Origin: Clostridia bacterium
GTDB lineage: Bacteria > Bacillota > Clostridia > TANB77 > UBA1234
Length of the DNA stretch: 64,000 nt
Reading direction: 5' to 3'
Assembly (NCBI GenBank): GCA_017469565.1
Contig: JAFUGC010000003.1
Coordinates: forward strand, 13,656-77,655
Part shown: positions 8,436 through 18,224 of the stretch, piece after piece
How positions within the stretch are numbered: position 1 is the first letter of the stretch
Layout of the letters: each line of letters begins with the position of its first letter
Position numbers and translations under genes: made by a program
The notes under the pieces: generated by a model
The model's database searches: none
The model's input: the letters and a program-made list of their open reading frames with translations, nothing else
Told to the model about the DNA's origin: nothing

Positions 8436-9581
8436 GTGGTGAGTGATGTGCGTTATAGCGGAACCTTAATAGATGAAAATCAAAAAATATTAAGTTTAAT
8501 TAGCCATGAATACGTTAAGCTTGACTTTTCAAGCCTTTCATCACTTTCTGTCACAAATTGGAATGAACCTAGTTTCATGGATAATTACGTTTTAATTTAT
8601 AAAGCTAATCTTCCAGCAGATATTACTATTTATAATATTTTGCTAGAAAAATTATCATCAAAAATATTTTTATTCACATATATAAATTCCTCAGATACAT
8701 ATATTGCTAATGCAGACGCATTCATGATTAGAGCTTATGTTAATTACTTAATCACCAAAGAGCCAGTAGAATATTATATAAGAGCACAGTTTTTACCGAA
8801 TAAAGAGTATGCAAAAGAAATACTTAAGGTAAATAAATTTACGGATTGTGGTGTTAATGTTGAACATTTGGGGAAAAATAAGTTCCAAATTACTCCATTG
8901 AACATTACTTTTGAAAATATGGAAGGGGCAAAAAGTGTATATCATGATTTGCTTGATTTGAATGATTTTTGTAAAGATGTAAATATGGATAAAGGTATCA
9001 TTCTTGCAAATTATGAATCTGTTCAAAAACTTAGTAAAGATAAAAGAATGCTTGCTACACTTAGTAATATTAAAACTTATTTTGGCTGTCAATTCAACAT
9101 GAAAAATGGTAATATTATTTTTGATGGAACAGAGTATATGATAAATGATGAAGAATCTGCTACAGCATTTCAAGCAAAAGTGATTGATGCGTATCACTTT
9201 TTTAGAAATGTAATTAACACAAAAGATAAAAAGGATATTATCAGTGAAATCTATAATCAAAAGGTTTCCACTGAAATAAAGAAGGAATTCTTAGGAAATA
9301 TGGCTTCCTATATAAATGCTACCAAAAATCAGGAACTTGTTGATTGGATTGTTACAATCTCGAAAGAAAGCAAATATACATTGCCTATATCTTATGATAC
9401 ACAAGGGATATTCTATATAGATGGTGCTATCATCGTAACTCCTTTAGATGCAAAAGAATATTATATAGATTATATGGATAAGCAAAGAGAGAAGTTAGCA
9501 ATGATTATTTACAAGAATAATATTATTGGTAAAATCAAGAGAATTTGGGATAAATTCAGAGCAAGATTTGCAAGAGCATAA
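8436..9581 (+). CDS. Hypothetical protein (381 aa), very low GC, no recognisable domain
   Basis: Long ORF in an AT-rich islet. GTG start is uncertain. A -10 TATAAT at 8419-8424 is 12 nt upstream of the GTG. Confidence 0.45.
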   Translation: MVSDVRYSGTLIDENQKILSLISHEYVKLDFSSLSSLSVTNWNEPSFMDNYVLIYKANLPADITIYNILLEKLSSKIFLFTYINSSDTYIANADAFMIRAYVNYLITKEPVEYYIRAQFLPNKEYAKEILKVNKFTDCGVNVEHLGKNKFQITPLNITFENMEGAKSVYHDLLDLNDFCKDVNMDKGIILANYESVQKLSKDKRMLATLSNIKTYFGCQFNMKNGNIIFDGTEYMINDEESATAFQAKVIDAYHFFRNVINTKDKKDIISEIYNQKVSTEIKKEFLGNMASYINATKNQELVDWIVTISKESKYTLPISYDTQGIFYIDGAIIVTPLDAKEYYIDYMDKQREKLAMIIYKNNIIGKIKRIWDKFRARFARA

Positions 9582-9586
9582 ATTTT

Positions 9587-9664
9587 GCAAGAGGCGCAAG
9601 AAGAAGCGAACAACCGGGGACAACCTTTTTTGTCCCTGGTTGTTCGCTTCTTGCGCCTCTTGCA
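9587..9664. terminator. Long (~33-bp stem) bidirectional terminator hairpin with a GGGGACAACC...TTGTCCC core, between convergent genes
   Basis: gcaagaggcgcaagaagaagcgaacaaccggggacaacc-tttttt-gtccctggttgttcgcttcttgcgcctcttgc. Confidence 0.65.
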
Positions 9665-9665
9665 T

Positions 9666-9950
9666 TTATTTATTCGCGATGATTACTTCGTTATCATTTG
9701 TTTCTTCAATCTCACTATTTGGGGATTTTTCGTCATTTGTTGAACTGTTTTCTTCTTGCTTTATGCTTCCGCTCGTGGTATATACTTTCCCACCAGTACT
9801 AGTATTCTTGGCAGTTTCAGTATTATTAGCGGCTTCAACAACAGAAAGATTATAATCTCTAAATATATAGTCCATAAAGTTGTTGCCAGCTACAACACCG
9901 GCAGAAAAAGAAAAAACAGTTATAAACAAAAGAATTATTTTCTTAGTCAT
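9666..9950 (-). CDS. Small secreted protein (signal peptide MTKKIILLFITVFSFSAGVVA), Ser/Thr/Asn/Glu-rich
   Basis: 94 aa; N-terminal hydrophobic signal. RBS GGGGGAAAC lies upstream on the minus strand. Confidence 0.5.
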   Translation of the reverse strand: MTKKIILLFITVFSFSAGVVAGNNFMDYIFRDYNLSVVEAANNTETAKNTSTGGKVYTTSGSIKQEENSSTNDEKSPNSEIEETNDNEVIIANK

Positions 9951-10190
9951 AAAAGTTTCCCCCTATAAAGTGATAGAAATAATCACATATTTAATTCGCA
10001 ATCATTATTATAGCACGGCTTATAAACTTATGTCAACAAAATAATATAGATATTTTATGAAAGTAGGAATCTTTAAGTAGGTATTTACACTTTTTCCTCC
10101 GTCCCTAATTTGTCCACCTTGCTATTTACATTTAAAAAATAATGTGCTATAATGACTCTTGTCTTAAGATAGAAAAAAGGTTATAATCAT

Positions 10191-10322
10191 ACCGTAAAGT
10201 GTGTTTATATGAATGGTGGTCAAGGAAAGACTATGAACCTTGTCAGGTCCGGAAGGAAGCAGCAATAAGTAGATCCTTTTTTGTGATACACCATTCATAT
10301 AAGCGTATTTTACGGTATTTTT
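10191..10322 (+). ncRNA. ffs: Signal recognition particle RNA (small 4.5S-type SRP RNA)
   Basis: Conserved domain IV sequence GGUGGUCAAGG...GUCAGGUCCGGAAGGAAGCAGC. A long terminal helix pairs ccgtaaag...tatatgaatggtg with caccattcatata...tttacgg. It is followed by a U-run. Promoter TTGTCT-17-TATAAT sits at 10160-10188. The position immediately upstream of dnaX is conserved. Confidence 0.75.
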
Positions 10323-10343
10323 TATTAAGGGTGGGGGAATGGT

Positions 10344-11762
10344 ATGTCTTATGTAGCTTTATATAGGCAGTTTAGGCCTAAGGTTTTTGAAGATGTTGTG
10401 GGGCAAGAACATATTACTAAAACTTTAAAAAATCAAATAAAAAGTGGCAGGGTGGCGCATGCTTATCTTTTTAGTGGAGGCAGAGGTAGTGGAAAAACTA
10501 GTACGGCTAAGATATTGTCAAGAGCAGTAAACTGCTTAAATCCAAAAGATGGTGAGCCTTGTAATGAATGTGAAATATGCAGACAAGCCTTAGAAGGAAC
10601 TTTAACAGATATCAGTGAAATTGATGCGGCATCGAATAATGGCGTTGATAATATTAGAGACATTCGAGAAGAAGTTGAATTTATTCCTACAAATGCTAGA
10701 TACAGGGTTTATATTATTGATGAGGTTCACATGCTTTCTACAGGTGCATTTAATGCTCTACTAAAAACATTAGAAGAACCACCTAAACATGTGATATTTA
10801 TTTTGGCTACCACGGAACCTCAAAAACTTCCTATCACCATACTTTCAAGATGTCAGAGGTTTGATTTTAAGAGGATTTCGGTAGAGAATATTATTAAAAG
10901 GTTAAATATCATTTGTAATGAATCGCATATCAAAATTGAAGAAGGTGCTCTTAAGATTATTGCAAAAATGTCTGACGGTGCAATGAGAGATGCCATTAGC
11001 ATATTAGAAAGATGTGTGGCAGATGGAGAAGATATCATCACAGAAGAAAAAGTAAGGGAACTTGTTGGAATTCCGGAATTAGAGTATTTATTAGAAATAT
11101 CAAAGAATCTGATGTTAAATGATGCTGCTCAGGTATTGGAAAGTGCAGAAAAAATCATTAATGAGGGAAAAGATTTAGAAATATTCACTTGGGAGCTTAT
11201 TAAGTTTATGAGAGATCTCATTATGCTTCAGATTTCAGATAATTTAGTACTTTATAAAGAGGATGAAAAAGTGAGAATGAGAGAACTGCTTAAGTTCACC
11301 GATAAGGAAAGATTGTTACGTTTGATTACGGATTTGTCATCCCTTCAGAGCAGCATGAAATGGGCATCGGACAGGGAAGTGATATTTGAAACAGGGCTGA
11401 TTAAGATTGCTTATGAGGGCAATCGTAATCAAATGCTTTCTCATGTAGGTATTTCTCAAAATGTGTCGGCCAAGGCAAATGGAAATGCCTCAGTTCCTCA
11501 GGAAAGTAATACATCAGATAATGAACTAAAAGAGAAAGTTCTATCAATATTAAAAGAAAATCGAAAAATGATTATGCACACAATTTTGACAGGGGCAGAA
11601 ATAAAAGTTGCGAGTGAAGACCTTGTGCACATTATTTTTGGAGCATCGATTGATGATGTTAACAAACAATATATGCAAAAAGAAGAGAGTAAAGCAGTAA
11701 TCAAAGAAACAGTAAAAAATGCTCTTCATAAGGAAATGAAAATTAAATATGTATTTGGATAA
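10344..11762 (+). CDS. dnaX: DNA polymerase III subunit gamma/tau
   Basis: AAA+ clamp-loader motifs (GGRGSGKTS Walker A, zinc module CNECEICR, SRC motif LSRCQRF). Confidence 0.9.
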   Translation: MSYVALYRQFRPKVFEDVVGQEHITKTLKNQIKSGRVAHAYLFSGGRGSGKTSTAKILSRAVNCLNPKDGEPCNECEICRQALEGTLTDISEIDAASNNGVDNIRDIREEVEFIPTNARYRVYIIDEVHMLSTGAFNALLKTLEEPPKHVIFILATTEPQKLPITILSRCQRFDFKRISVENIIKRLNIICNESHIKIEEGALKIIAKMSDGAMRDAISILERCVADGEDIITEEKVRELVGIPELEYLLEISKNLMLNDAAQVLESAEKIINEGKDLEIFTWELIKFMRDLIMLQISDNLVLYKEDEKVRMRELLKFTDKERLLRLITDLSSLQSSMKWASDREVIFETGLIKIAYEGNRNQMLSHVGISQNVSAKANGNASVPQESNTSDNELKEKVLSILKENRKMIMHTILTGAEIKVASEDLVHIIFGASIDDVNKQYMQKEESKAVIKETVKNALHKEMKIKYVFG

Positions 11763-11885
11763 TCCAAGTAAAAAGTTTATGGTTAAGAAATTTTGAATTA
11801 ATTTGAATTAAATAGTTGTATCATGAATTTATATGTTATAATAAAGTGCATGTTGTAAATCAAAAATGAGAAAGGAAGATGAATC

Positions 11886-12236
11886 ATGGCAAAGTTTAAT
11901 GGATTCCCAGGAATGGGTGGAGGCGCCGGTAATATGGCAAACTTATTAAAACAAGCACAAAAAATGCAATCAGATATGATGAAAACGCATACAGAAATAG
12001 AGGAAAGAGAGTTTGAAGTTGCTACTGGCGGTGGCGCTGTGACAATCATCATGACTGGTAAAAAGACGATTAAATCAATCAAAATCAAACCAGAAGTTAT
12101 TGATAAAGATGATCCGGAAATGTTGGAAGATTTAGTGATGACAGCAGTGAATGAAGGCATAAAAAAAGCAGATGATATGATGGAAGAAGAAATGAAAAAA
12201 TATAATATTCCTAGTGGATTAAATGGACTATTGTAG
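11886..12236 (+). CDS. ybaB: Nucleoid-associated protein YbaB/EbfC
   Basis: 116 aa with N-terminus GMGGGAGNMANLLKQAQKMQ characteristic of YbaB. Conserved position between dnaX and recR. Confidence 0.85.
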   Translation: MAKFNGFPGMGGGAGNMANLLKQAQKMQSDMMKTHTEIEEREFEVATGGGAVTIIMTGKKTIKSIKIKPEVIDKDDPEMLEDLVMTAVNEGIKKADDMMEEEMKKYNIPSGLNGLL

Positions 12237-12257
12237 TATTAGAGAGGTTTTTGAAGT

Positions 12258-12854
12258 ATGGGATTTAGTGCATCTATTGAAAAACTGATTGAGGAATTTG
12301 AAAAATTACCTAGTATAGGGCATAAAACTGCAGTTAGACTGGCGTTTTATATTCTAAATTCATCAGAAGCGGACTGTGAAGAGTTTGCAAATACAATTAT
12401 GAATACCAGAAAAAATTTAAAATACTGTTCTATTTGCAATAATATTACGGATTCAGATCCATGCCCAATATGCTCTAACACAAAGAGAAATAAAGAAGTT
12501 ATCTGTGTTGTAGAAGATGTTAGAGATATTGTTCAAATTGAAAGAACACATGAGTATAATGGCGTTTATCATGTGCTAAATGGTGTTATTTCGCCAATGA
12601 ATGGTATTGGACCAAATGATATCAAATTAAAAGAATTGATGACTAGAATTGGAAATGATGATGTGAAAGAAGTCATCTTGGCTACTAATCCAAATGTGGA
12701 AGGAGAAGCTACAGCCATGTATATTTCAAAACTAGTGAAACCTTTTAATATTAAGACAACCAGAATTGCGCACGGCATTCCTATTGGTGGTGATTTGGAA
12801 TATACAGATGAAGTAACTCTTGCGAAGGCTCTAGAAAATAGAACAGAGCTTTAA
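12258..12854 (+). CDS. recR: Recombination protein RecR
   Basis: HhH, C4 zinc finger ([16 protein letters not shown]) and Toprim domain; 198 aa. Confidence 0.9.
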   Translation: MGFSASIEKLIEEFEKLPSIGHKTAVRLAFYILNSSEADCEEFANTIMNTRKNLKYCSICNNITDSDPCPICSNTKRNKEVICVVEDVRDIVQIERTHEYNGVYHVLNGVISPMNGIGPNDIKLKELMTRIGNDDVKEVILATNPNVEGEATAMYISKLVKPFNIKTTRIAHGIPIGGDLEYTDEVTLAKALENRTEL

Positions 12855-12903
12855 GAATACACAAATAACATGAATATCTTTACAAAGGAAGGTGTTGTTT
12901 TCA

Positions 12904-13179
12904 ATGAATATAAAAAAATTGAAAGTGATTTTTATTTTGCTATTGATATTGCTAATAGTGTTTATTGCGTTTGCAAGATTTAATGCGGCATCAAAAATAA
13001 AGGAACAATTATCTGATATTCCGAATGATGAGTTTGATGTTAGTACGGATGTTACCGCTGATGTAACAGTGGTCAATCAGCCACTAACGAGAAGAATCAT
13101 TAATGATTATACAAATCCTACTATTGAGGATAAGGCAACCGTATATGAAAGGTATGGCATGCGGTACATGTTATTTTGA
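12904..13179 (+). CDS. Hypothetical membrane-anchored protein (N-terminal TM). Possibly the 5' part of a frameshifted gene continued in 13103-13537.
   Basis: ATG 12904 after AAGGAAGG. TM segment is VIFILLLILLIVFIAF. The ORF ends at 13179 and overlaps the next ORF in another frame. Confidence 0.35.
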   Translation: MNIKKLKVIFILLLILLIVFIAFARFNAASKIKEQLSDIPNDEFDVSTDVTADVTVVNQPLTRRIINDYTNPTIEDKATVYERYGMRYMLF

Positions 13180-13537
13180 TTCTTATGGACTTTGGGTAGA
13201 TAAGAGTGAGTATGATGTATCAGAGAGTACGCTTTATACAAATGTATGGCCTACTGGTCTTAGTAGAATACGAAATGCTGTGGAGCCTGAGTTTGAAGAG
13301 ATTGACTTAATAGAGGTTGGGGAAACTGGTATAACAATATATATGTTAGATATTGGAAAGAAAGATGCTCAAAGCTATGTAAATTCAGTAAAGAAAGTTT
13401 ATACAAAATCAGTGAAGAACAATGCCTCAAATGTGTTATATACGGGACTTGATGAGGGAAAAAATAAAGTAACCGTGAAATATAATGCGGATACGAAAGA
13501 GCTTAGAATTATCTATAAATTCGAGAAGAAAATATAA
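13103..13537 (+). CDS. Hypothetical protein (possible 3' part of a frameshifted gene)
   Basis: 144-aa ORF with no convincing RBS at its own start. It overlaps the upstream ORF by 77 nt in a different frame. Confidence 0.35.
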   Translation: MIIQILLLRIRQPYMKGMACGTCYFDSYGLWVDKSEYDVSESTLYTNVWPTGLSRIRNAVEPEFEEIDLIEVGETGITIYMLDIGKKDAQSYVNSVKKVYTKSVKNNASNVLYTGLDEGKNKVTVKYNADTKELRIIYKFEKKI

Positions 13538-13552
13538 TGGATAAAAAGGTTA

Positions 13553-13612
13553 ACAGATTAGGGACGGAGGAAAAAGTGTAACCTCCGTCCCTAATCTGTC
13601 AACCTTTTTTCA
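13553..13612. terminator. Bidirectional terminator hairpin of the GGGACGGAGG...CCTCCGTCCC family
   Basis: acagattagggacggagg-aaaaagtgtaac-ctccgtccctaatctgt followed by TTTTTT. Confidence 0.6.
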
Positions 13613-13615
13613 ACC

Positions 13616-14887
13616 TTAATCTGTTAATTTTTTTTCTTCTCTGTTTTGATTCATCCAATCTTTGCCGTCAATTATTCTAGCGGCCAGCATAGAAGATGCG
13701 GAATCTCCAACTACATTTAGAACAGTTGCTGGGGCATCGATGATGGTAGCGATAATTGTAAGGATAGGAAGTGCTGTTAATGGATAACCAAGCATTGTGA
13801 TAATCATTGTTTCAGAAATTGTTCCACCCCCGACTGGAACTGCTGTGATGAATAGTGTTGCTACTAGTGAAATTAGTAAAATTTGTGCAATTCCTCCTAA
13901 TGAGTATACGTTTGTTCCAAATAAACAAACTAGGAACATGGCTTTAAATACAGAACCAATGATAGACCCATCTTTGTGGAAACTTGTGCCAAGTGGAATT
14001 AAGGTTTCTGCAATATCATTTGATACGCCAATTTTATGTGCTGCTTGTAAGTTTGTAGGAATGGATGCTGCACTTGAACAAGTGGCAAGGGCAGTTACTG
14101 TTGCTGGGATAATGGCACCCCAGAATCTTTTTACTCCCGTTTTTCCTCCTGCAATTAGTGCATATAAAGAATAAACTGCAAAATAAGTTACTAAGCAAGC
14201 AATGACATAAAGAATAAATGTTTTTAAGTAGCCTACTGCAATGGTTGCACCAAATGTGCCAATGAGCGCTGCAAAATAGGCTCCTATTCCTATTGGGGCA
14301 TAGTACATGATAATATTCAGTAATGACATGATGACATTTGTTAGCGAATCTAATACATTCTTTACTGCTTCTGCTTTTTCTCCGGCTGCCCTCATGGCAC
14401 ATCCAAACAAAATGGAGAATACAATTAAAGCAACGATATTTTGACGTGAGAATAAACCAACAAAGTCATTGACTGTAAGTACCTGAACGGTTCTGTCTAA
14501 GATAGAAATGTCTTCATCATTTGATTCTTCGGTTTCTTCTTGAAGAGCAGTTCTGATTTCTGCACTATTTTCTGTGGAAACTAGTTTGAATGGATAAGAG
14601 AATACAAGACCAATTACCACTGAAACAAGCGATGTAATGATAAAAACAAGAATAACAGTGCCTAATATTTTTCCTACTCTTTTTGGCTCTTTTACTTTAG
14701 AAATGGAAGTGGAAATGGTTAAGAAAATTAGTGGAATAATAATGACAAACATTAAATTAATGAAAATATCCCCTAATGGACTTAACACTTTAGCTTGTTC
14801 TCCAAAGCATAATCCAATAATTGCACCTATGACTACAGCAAGCAATAGAATAACTGTCTGCTTGTAGTTTTTAAAAAAATTCTTCAT
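13616..14887 (-). CDS. Dicarboxylate/amino acid:cation symporter (DAACS family; SstT/GltP-like)
   Basis: 423 aa, ~8-10 TM helices. Sequence features typical of sodium:dicarboxylate/serine-threonine symporters. Confidence 0.75.
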   Translation of the reverse strand: MKNFFKNYKQTVILLLAVVIGAIIGLCFGEQAKVLSPLGDIFINLMFVIIIPLIFLTISTSISKVKEPKRVGKILGTVILVFIITSLVSVVIGLVFSYPFKLVSTENSAEIRTALQEETEESNDEDISILDRTVQVLTVNDFVGLFSRQNIVALIVFSILFGCAMRAAGEKAEAVKNVLDSLTNVIMSLLNIIMYYAPIGIGAYFAALIGTFGATIAVGYLKTFILYVIACLVTYFAVYSLYALIAGGKTGVKRFWGAIIPATVTALATCSSAASIPTNLQAAHKIGVSNDIAETLIPLGTSFHKDGSIIGSVFKAMFLVCLFGTNVYSLGGIAQILLISLVATLFITAVPVGGGTISETMIITMLGYPLTALPILTIIATIIDAPATVLNVVGDSASSMLAARIIDGKDWMNQNREEKKLTD

Positions 14888-15027
14888 AAGTTACCCCCTT
14901 CTTATTTGTATATGGATATTATATAAATATTGTGGAAAATTTGCAATATGCATGAAAGTTTTAAGTCATGGTGGGACGTCCCTATTGGTTGGTTTTTGAT
15001 TTTCATGAAAATGGATGTCCCTATTTG

Positions 15028-15056
15028 TTGAAAATGTGCTTGCTTCATGATATAAT
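15028..15056 (+). promoter_or_regulatory. Putative sigma-A promoter (TTGAAA-17-TATAAT) for the MBL-fold gene
   Basis: Sequence match; lies just downstream of two GTCCCTATT elements. Confidence 0.4.
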
Positions 15057-15102
15057 CAAATCCTAATATGATTCACAAATATCCAATGAAGGAGGAAGGC
15101 AT

Positions 15103-15729
15103 ATGTCAGAAAATTATAAACTTCTTTGTCATAATAGTATTAAGATAACAGGCAGTAAGACAATTTATATTGATCCCTTTAGAGTAGATACCGAATATCA
15201 TGATGCAGATGTTGTTTTTTCCACACATTCTCATTATGACCATTTTTCGGAGGAAGACATTGAAAAGGTGATGAAGGATTCCACGGTGATAGTGACCCCG
15301 GATTCTTCCAGGGAACTTGCTTATGGATTAACCAAGGATAAGGAAAAGGTTTTCATTGTAGAACCGGATCAGGAGTATGAGGTAGAGGAAATTCATTTTT
15401 CTACCACATATGCGTATAACAAAGAAAAGATGTATCATCAAAAGAGTGAAGGCTGGGTAGGATATATTATTGAGTTAGATGGCGTAAAGTACTATATTGC
15501 CGGTGATACAGACAATTTAAAAGAACTAGGAAATGTTTCCTGCGATATTGCATTTTTGCCGGTTGGCGGAAAATATACGATGGATTATCGTGAGGCAGCT
15601 GAGCTTGCTAACAGAATAGAGGCAAAGGTTGTTGTGCCAACGCATTATGGATTAATTGTGGGAGAAAGAGCGGATGCAGAAAAATTTAAGGAGCTAGTGG
15701 TAGAGAAAGAGGTTAGGATTGAAATTTAG
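15103..15729 (+). CDS. MBL-fold metallo-hydrolase
   Basis: 208 aa with an HSHYDH metal-binding motif. Confidence 0.75.
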   Translation: MSENYKLLCHNSIKITGSKTIYIDPFRVDTEYHDADVVFSTHSHYDHFSEEDIEKVMKDSTVIVTPDSSRELAYGLTKDKEKVFIVEPDQEYEVEEIHFSTTYAYNKEKMYHQKSEGWVGYIIELDGVKYYIAGDTDNLKELGNVSCDIAFLPVGGKYTMDYREAAELANRIEAKVVVPTHYGLIVGERADAEKFKELVVEKEVRIEI

Positions 15730-15765
15730 CATGGGAAAGACAAAAAGAAAGGCAGGAAGTAAGAG

Positions 15766-16515
15766 TTGCGCAATATAAAATTAACAATAGAATATGATGG
15801 AAAAAACTTTCCGGGGTGGCAGTCACAGCCAGGTAAGGTTAGTATTCAAACAGAAATAGAAAGAGCAATAGAGGAAGTGACAGGCGAAAAGGTGGAGCTG
15901 ATTGCATCGGGCAGAACGGATGCCGGGGTCCATGCATTGGGGCAAGTTGCAAACTTTCATACAAATACGAATATTGAAATCAATAAGATACCGTATGCCA
16001 TTAATTCCAAACTTTCAAAAAGCATTGTGGTAAAGAAAGCAGAAGAGGTAGAAGAAAGATTTCATGCAAGGTATAATTGTAAATTAAAAACATACAGATA
16101 TATTATCAATCATGCTCCCTTTCCATCGGCACTGAACCGATATAGAGAATATCACATGCCTTATGAATTAGATTTTGAGGCAATGCAAAGAGCTGCCCAA
16201 TATTTTGAGGGAGAGCATGATTTTAAAGCATTTAAAGCCTCGGGAGGAAATGCCAAAAAAACAACTGTTAGGACACTAACAAAATGCAGCGTGGAAAAAG
16301 ACGGAGATAGAATTATCATAGAACTGACGGGAAATGGTTTTTTGTATAATATGGTGAGGATTATAAGCGGTACTATTTTGGACGTAGGATTGGGAAAAAT
16401 TGAGGCGGACAAAATTCCAGAAATCATAGAAAGTGGTGTGAGAGAAAAGGCAGGAAAAACTTTGCCACCACATGGATTATACTTAGTGTCTGTGGATTAC
16501 CAAAATGAAAAATGA
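15766..16515 (+). CDS. truA: tRNA pseudouridine(38-40) synthase
   Basis: RNIKLTIEYDG...GRTDAGVHALGQV catalytic motif; likely TTG start. Confidence 0.9.
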   Translation: MRNIKLTIEYDGKNFPGWQSQPGKVSIQTEIERAIEEVTGEKVELIASGRTDAGVHALGQVANFHTNTNIEINKIPYAINSKLSKSIVVKKAEEVEERFHARYNCKLKTYRYIINHAPFPSALNRYREYHMPYELDFEAMQRAAQYFEGEHDFKAFKASGGNAKKTTVRTLTKCSVEKDGDRIIIELTGNGFLYNMVRIISGTILDVGLGKIEADKIPEIIESGVREKAGKTLPPHGLYLVSVDYQNEK

Positions 16516-16574
16516 GTGCACAAATTAGGGCGTTCATTTACTATGCACTGTGACGAAAAGGAGGGAAAGGAATC

Positions 16575-17393
16575 ATGAATCTTTCTAATGAAAATGTGAT
16601 TCATGTGATAGATGGCGAGGTAGAGTATATACAATTCAAAAGGTTATTAGACTTTCCTGAGGTGGTTCATGCATTCGGGTTAAAGCCTTTGGATTATAGG
16701 GCACATGGTGAAAATAATCAAAATGTTCCGGAAGCATATGCAAAGTTAGCAGGTAGCATTGGGGTAGAATGGAGTTCTATTGTTAGACCTGGGCAAAAGC
16801 ATACCAACCATGTACTTGTGATAGAGAGCAAAGAAAATCAAGAGGCTCCGGATATGTTTCTTGATTATTTAAAGGAAACAGACGGATTGATTACAGATAA
16901 GTCCAAGATAGCACTTGCTACCACCAATGCGGATTGTATCATTCTTTTATTTTATGATCCTATCAAAAAAGTGATTGCTAGCGTGCATTCAGGTTGGAGA
17001 GGAACGTTTCAAAAGATTGCACAGGTGACCGTAAGAAAGATGAAAGAACAGTTTGGATGCCAAGCACAAGATATGATTGTTTGCATTTGTCCTAGTATTC
17101 GAGTTTGCCATTTTGAAGTGGAGGATGATGTAAAAGACATGTGCGAGCAGATTTTTGCGGATACAGGAAGATTGGAAGAAATCATTCACCAAGGAGATAT
17201 CAAGGAAGGCAAGCAAAAGTATTTTATTGATACAATACTGATCACAAAGATACTGTTAGAAGCAGAAGGCGTATTTCCTGAAAACATTATTGATTCTGGT
17301 ATTTGCAGTGTTTGTGCATCGGAAAAAGTTCATTCTAGAAGGGCAGATGGAGCGGAGTATGGATTAGGAACGGGAATGATTTATTTAAAATGA
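16575..17393 (+). CDS. pgeF: Peptidoglycan editing factor PgeF (YfiH/DUF152 purine nucleoside phosphorylase-laccase-like)
   Basis: 272 aa with a conserved HSGWRG motif and Cys/His ligands. Confidence 0.8.
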   Translation: MNLSNENVIHVIDGEVEYIQFKRLLDFPEVVHAFGLKPLDYRAHGENNQNVPEAYAKLAGSIGVEWSSIVRPGQKHTNHVLVIESKENQEAPDMFLDYLKETDGLITDKSKIALATTNADCIILLFYDPIKKVIASVHSGWRGTFQKIAQVTVRKMKEQFGCQAQDMIVCICPSIRVCHFEVEDDVKDMCEQIFADTGRLEEIIHQGDIKEGKQKYFIDTILITKILLEAEGVFPENIIDSGICSVCASEKVHSRRADGAEYGLGTGMIYLK

Positions 17394-17405
17394 AAATGAG
17401 CAGAC

Positions 17406-17450
17406 AAACAGGGACAACCATGCAAAAAGGTGTCCCTGTTTTTGTTTTTT
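17406..17450. terminator. Terminator hairpin with GGGACAACC...GGTGTCCC arms
   Basis: aaacagggacaacc-atgcaaaaa-ggtgtccctgttt followed by a T-run. Confidence 0.5.
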
Positions 17451-18045
17451 AATAAGAAATCTTATTTACTTGATATTTCATATACTCATTTTTAGGCATA
17501 TAAGTAAGAGATATTTTTACCTCAGGCAAGACGTCAAGAACTTCTGTATCCTCCGTTTTGGAGGCGGAACATGTGATATGATATTGATTTCCATTTTCTT
17601 TGACGGAGCTTATCACATTAATTGAGTAGTATGATGGTGTGGCAGGACGGTAATAGTAATAGTCATTTTCACTATCATACAAATAATAAAAATCTTCCAC
17701 TTCAATTGGTGCCTCTATGATAAGTCCCGTGAATTCCTGAATTAGTGAATGTAAATCTTCTCTTGAAACATATTCGATGAATACTTCTTCATCACTGTAT
17801 GTGCTCATCATGCCAAGTTTTTCAGCAAGCTGCATAGATACATCTAAAAGTTTGGAATCTTCATAGTGACTTTGTGAAAATTCACCTAGATTAACCATAA
17901 TGTCTAATGATGCTGCTTCTTTTAAATCAGTAATTTTGTTTTCATCTGTAATTTTTTTGCCATTTTGTGATAGTAATAGTGCGACTGTTACAATCATTAC
18001 CAGCACAATGATGATAGCAATGGCTATTATCGACTGTTTTTTCAT
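17449..18045 (-). CDS. Hypothetical membrane-anchored protein (N-terminal TM MKKQSIIAIAIIIVLVMIVTVALL)
   Basis: 198 aa; RBS AGGAGGAAT lies upstream on the minus strand. Confidence 0.5.
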   Translation of the reverse strand: MKKQSIIAIAIIIVLVMIVTVALLLSQNGKKITDENKITDLKEAASLDIMVNLGEFSQSHYEDSKLLDVSMQLAEKLGMMSTYSDEEVFIEYVSREDLHSLIQEFTGLIIEAPIEVEDFYYLYDSENDYYYYRPATPSYYSINVISSVKENGNQYHITCSASKTEDTEVLDVLPEVKISLTYMPKNEYMKYQVNKISY

Positions 18046-18224
18046 AAAATTCCTCCTATGTATAAAGAAAGTATTTTTATTCTATCATATTTATGATAAA
18101 AGTGGTAGAAAAAGTTAAAAATTGTGAAAAATGATAATCTTTGAGAAAACAATTGCAATTTTATGTAAACGATGCTATAATAAAAAAGGTGAAATCCATT
18201 ATTTTTAGAAAGGGAGATTAGACA

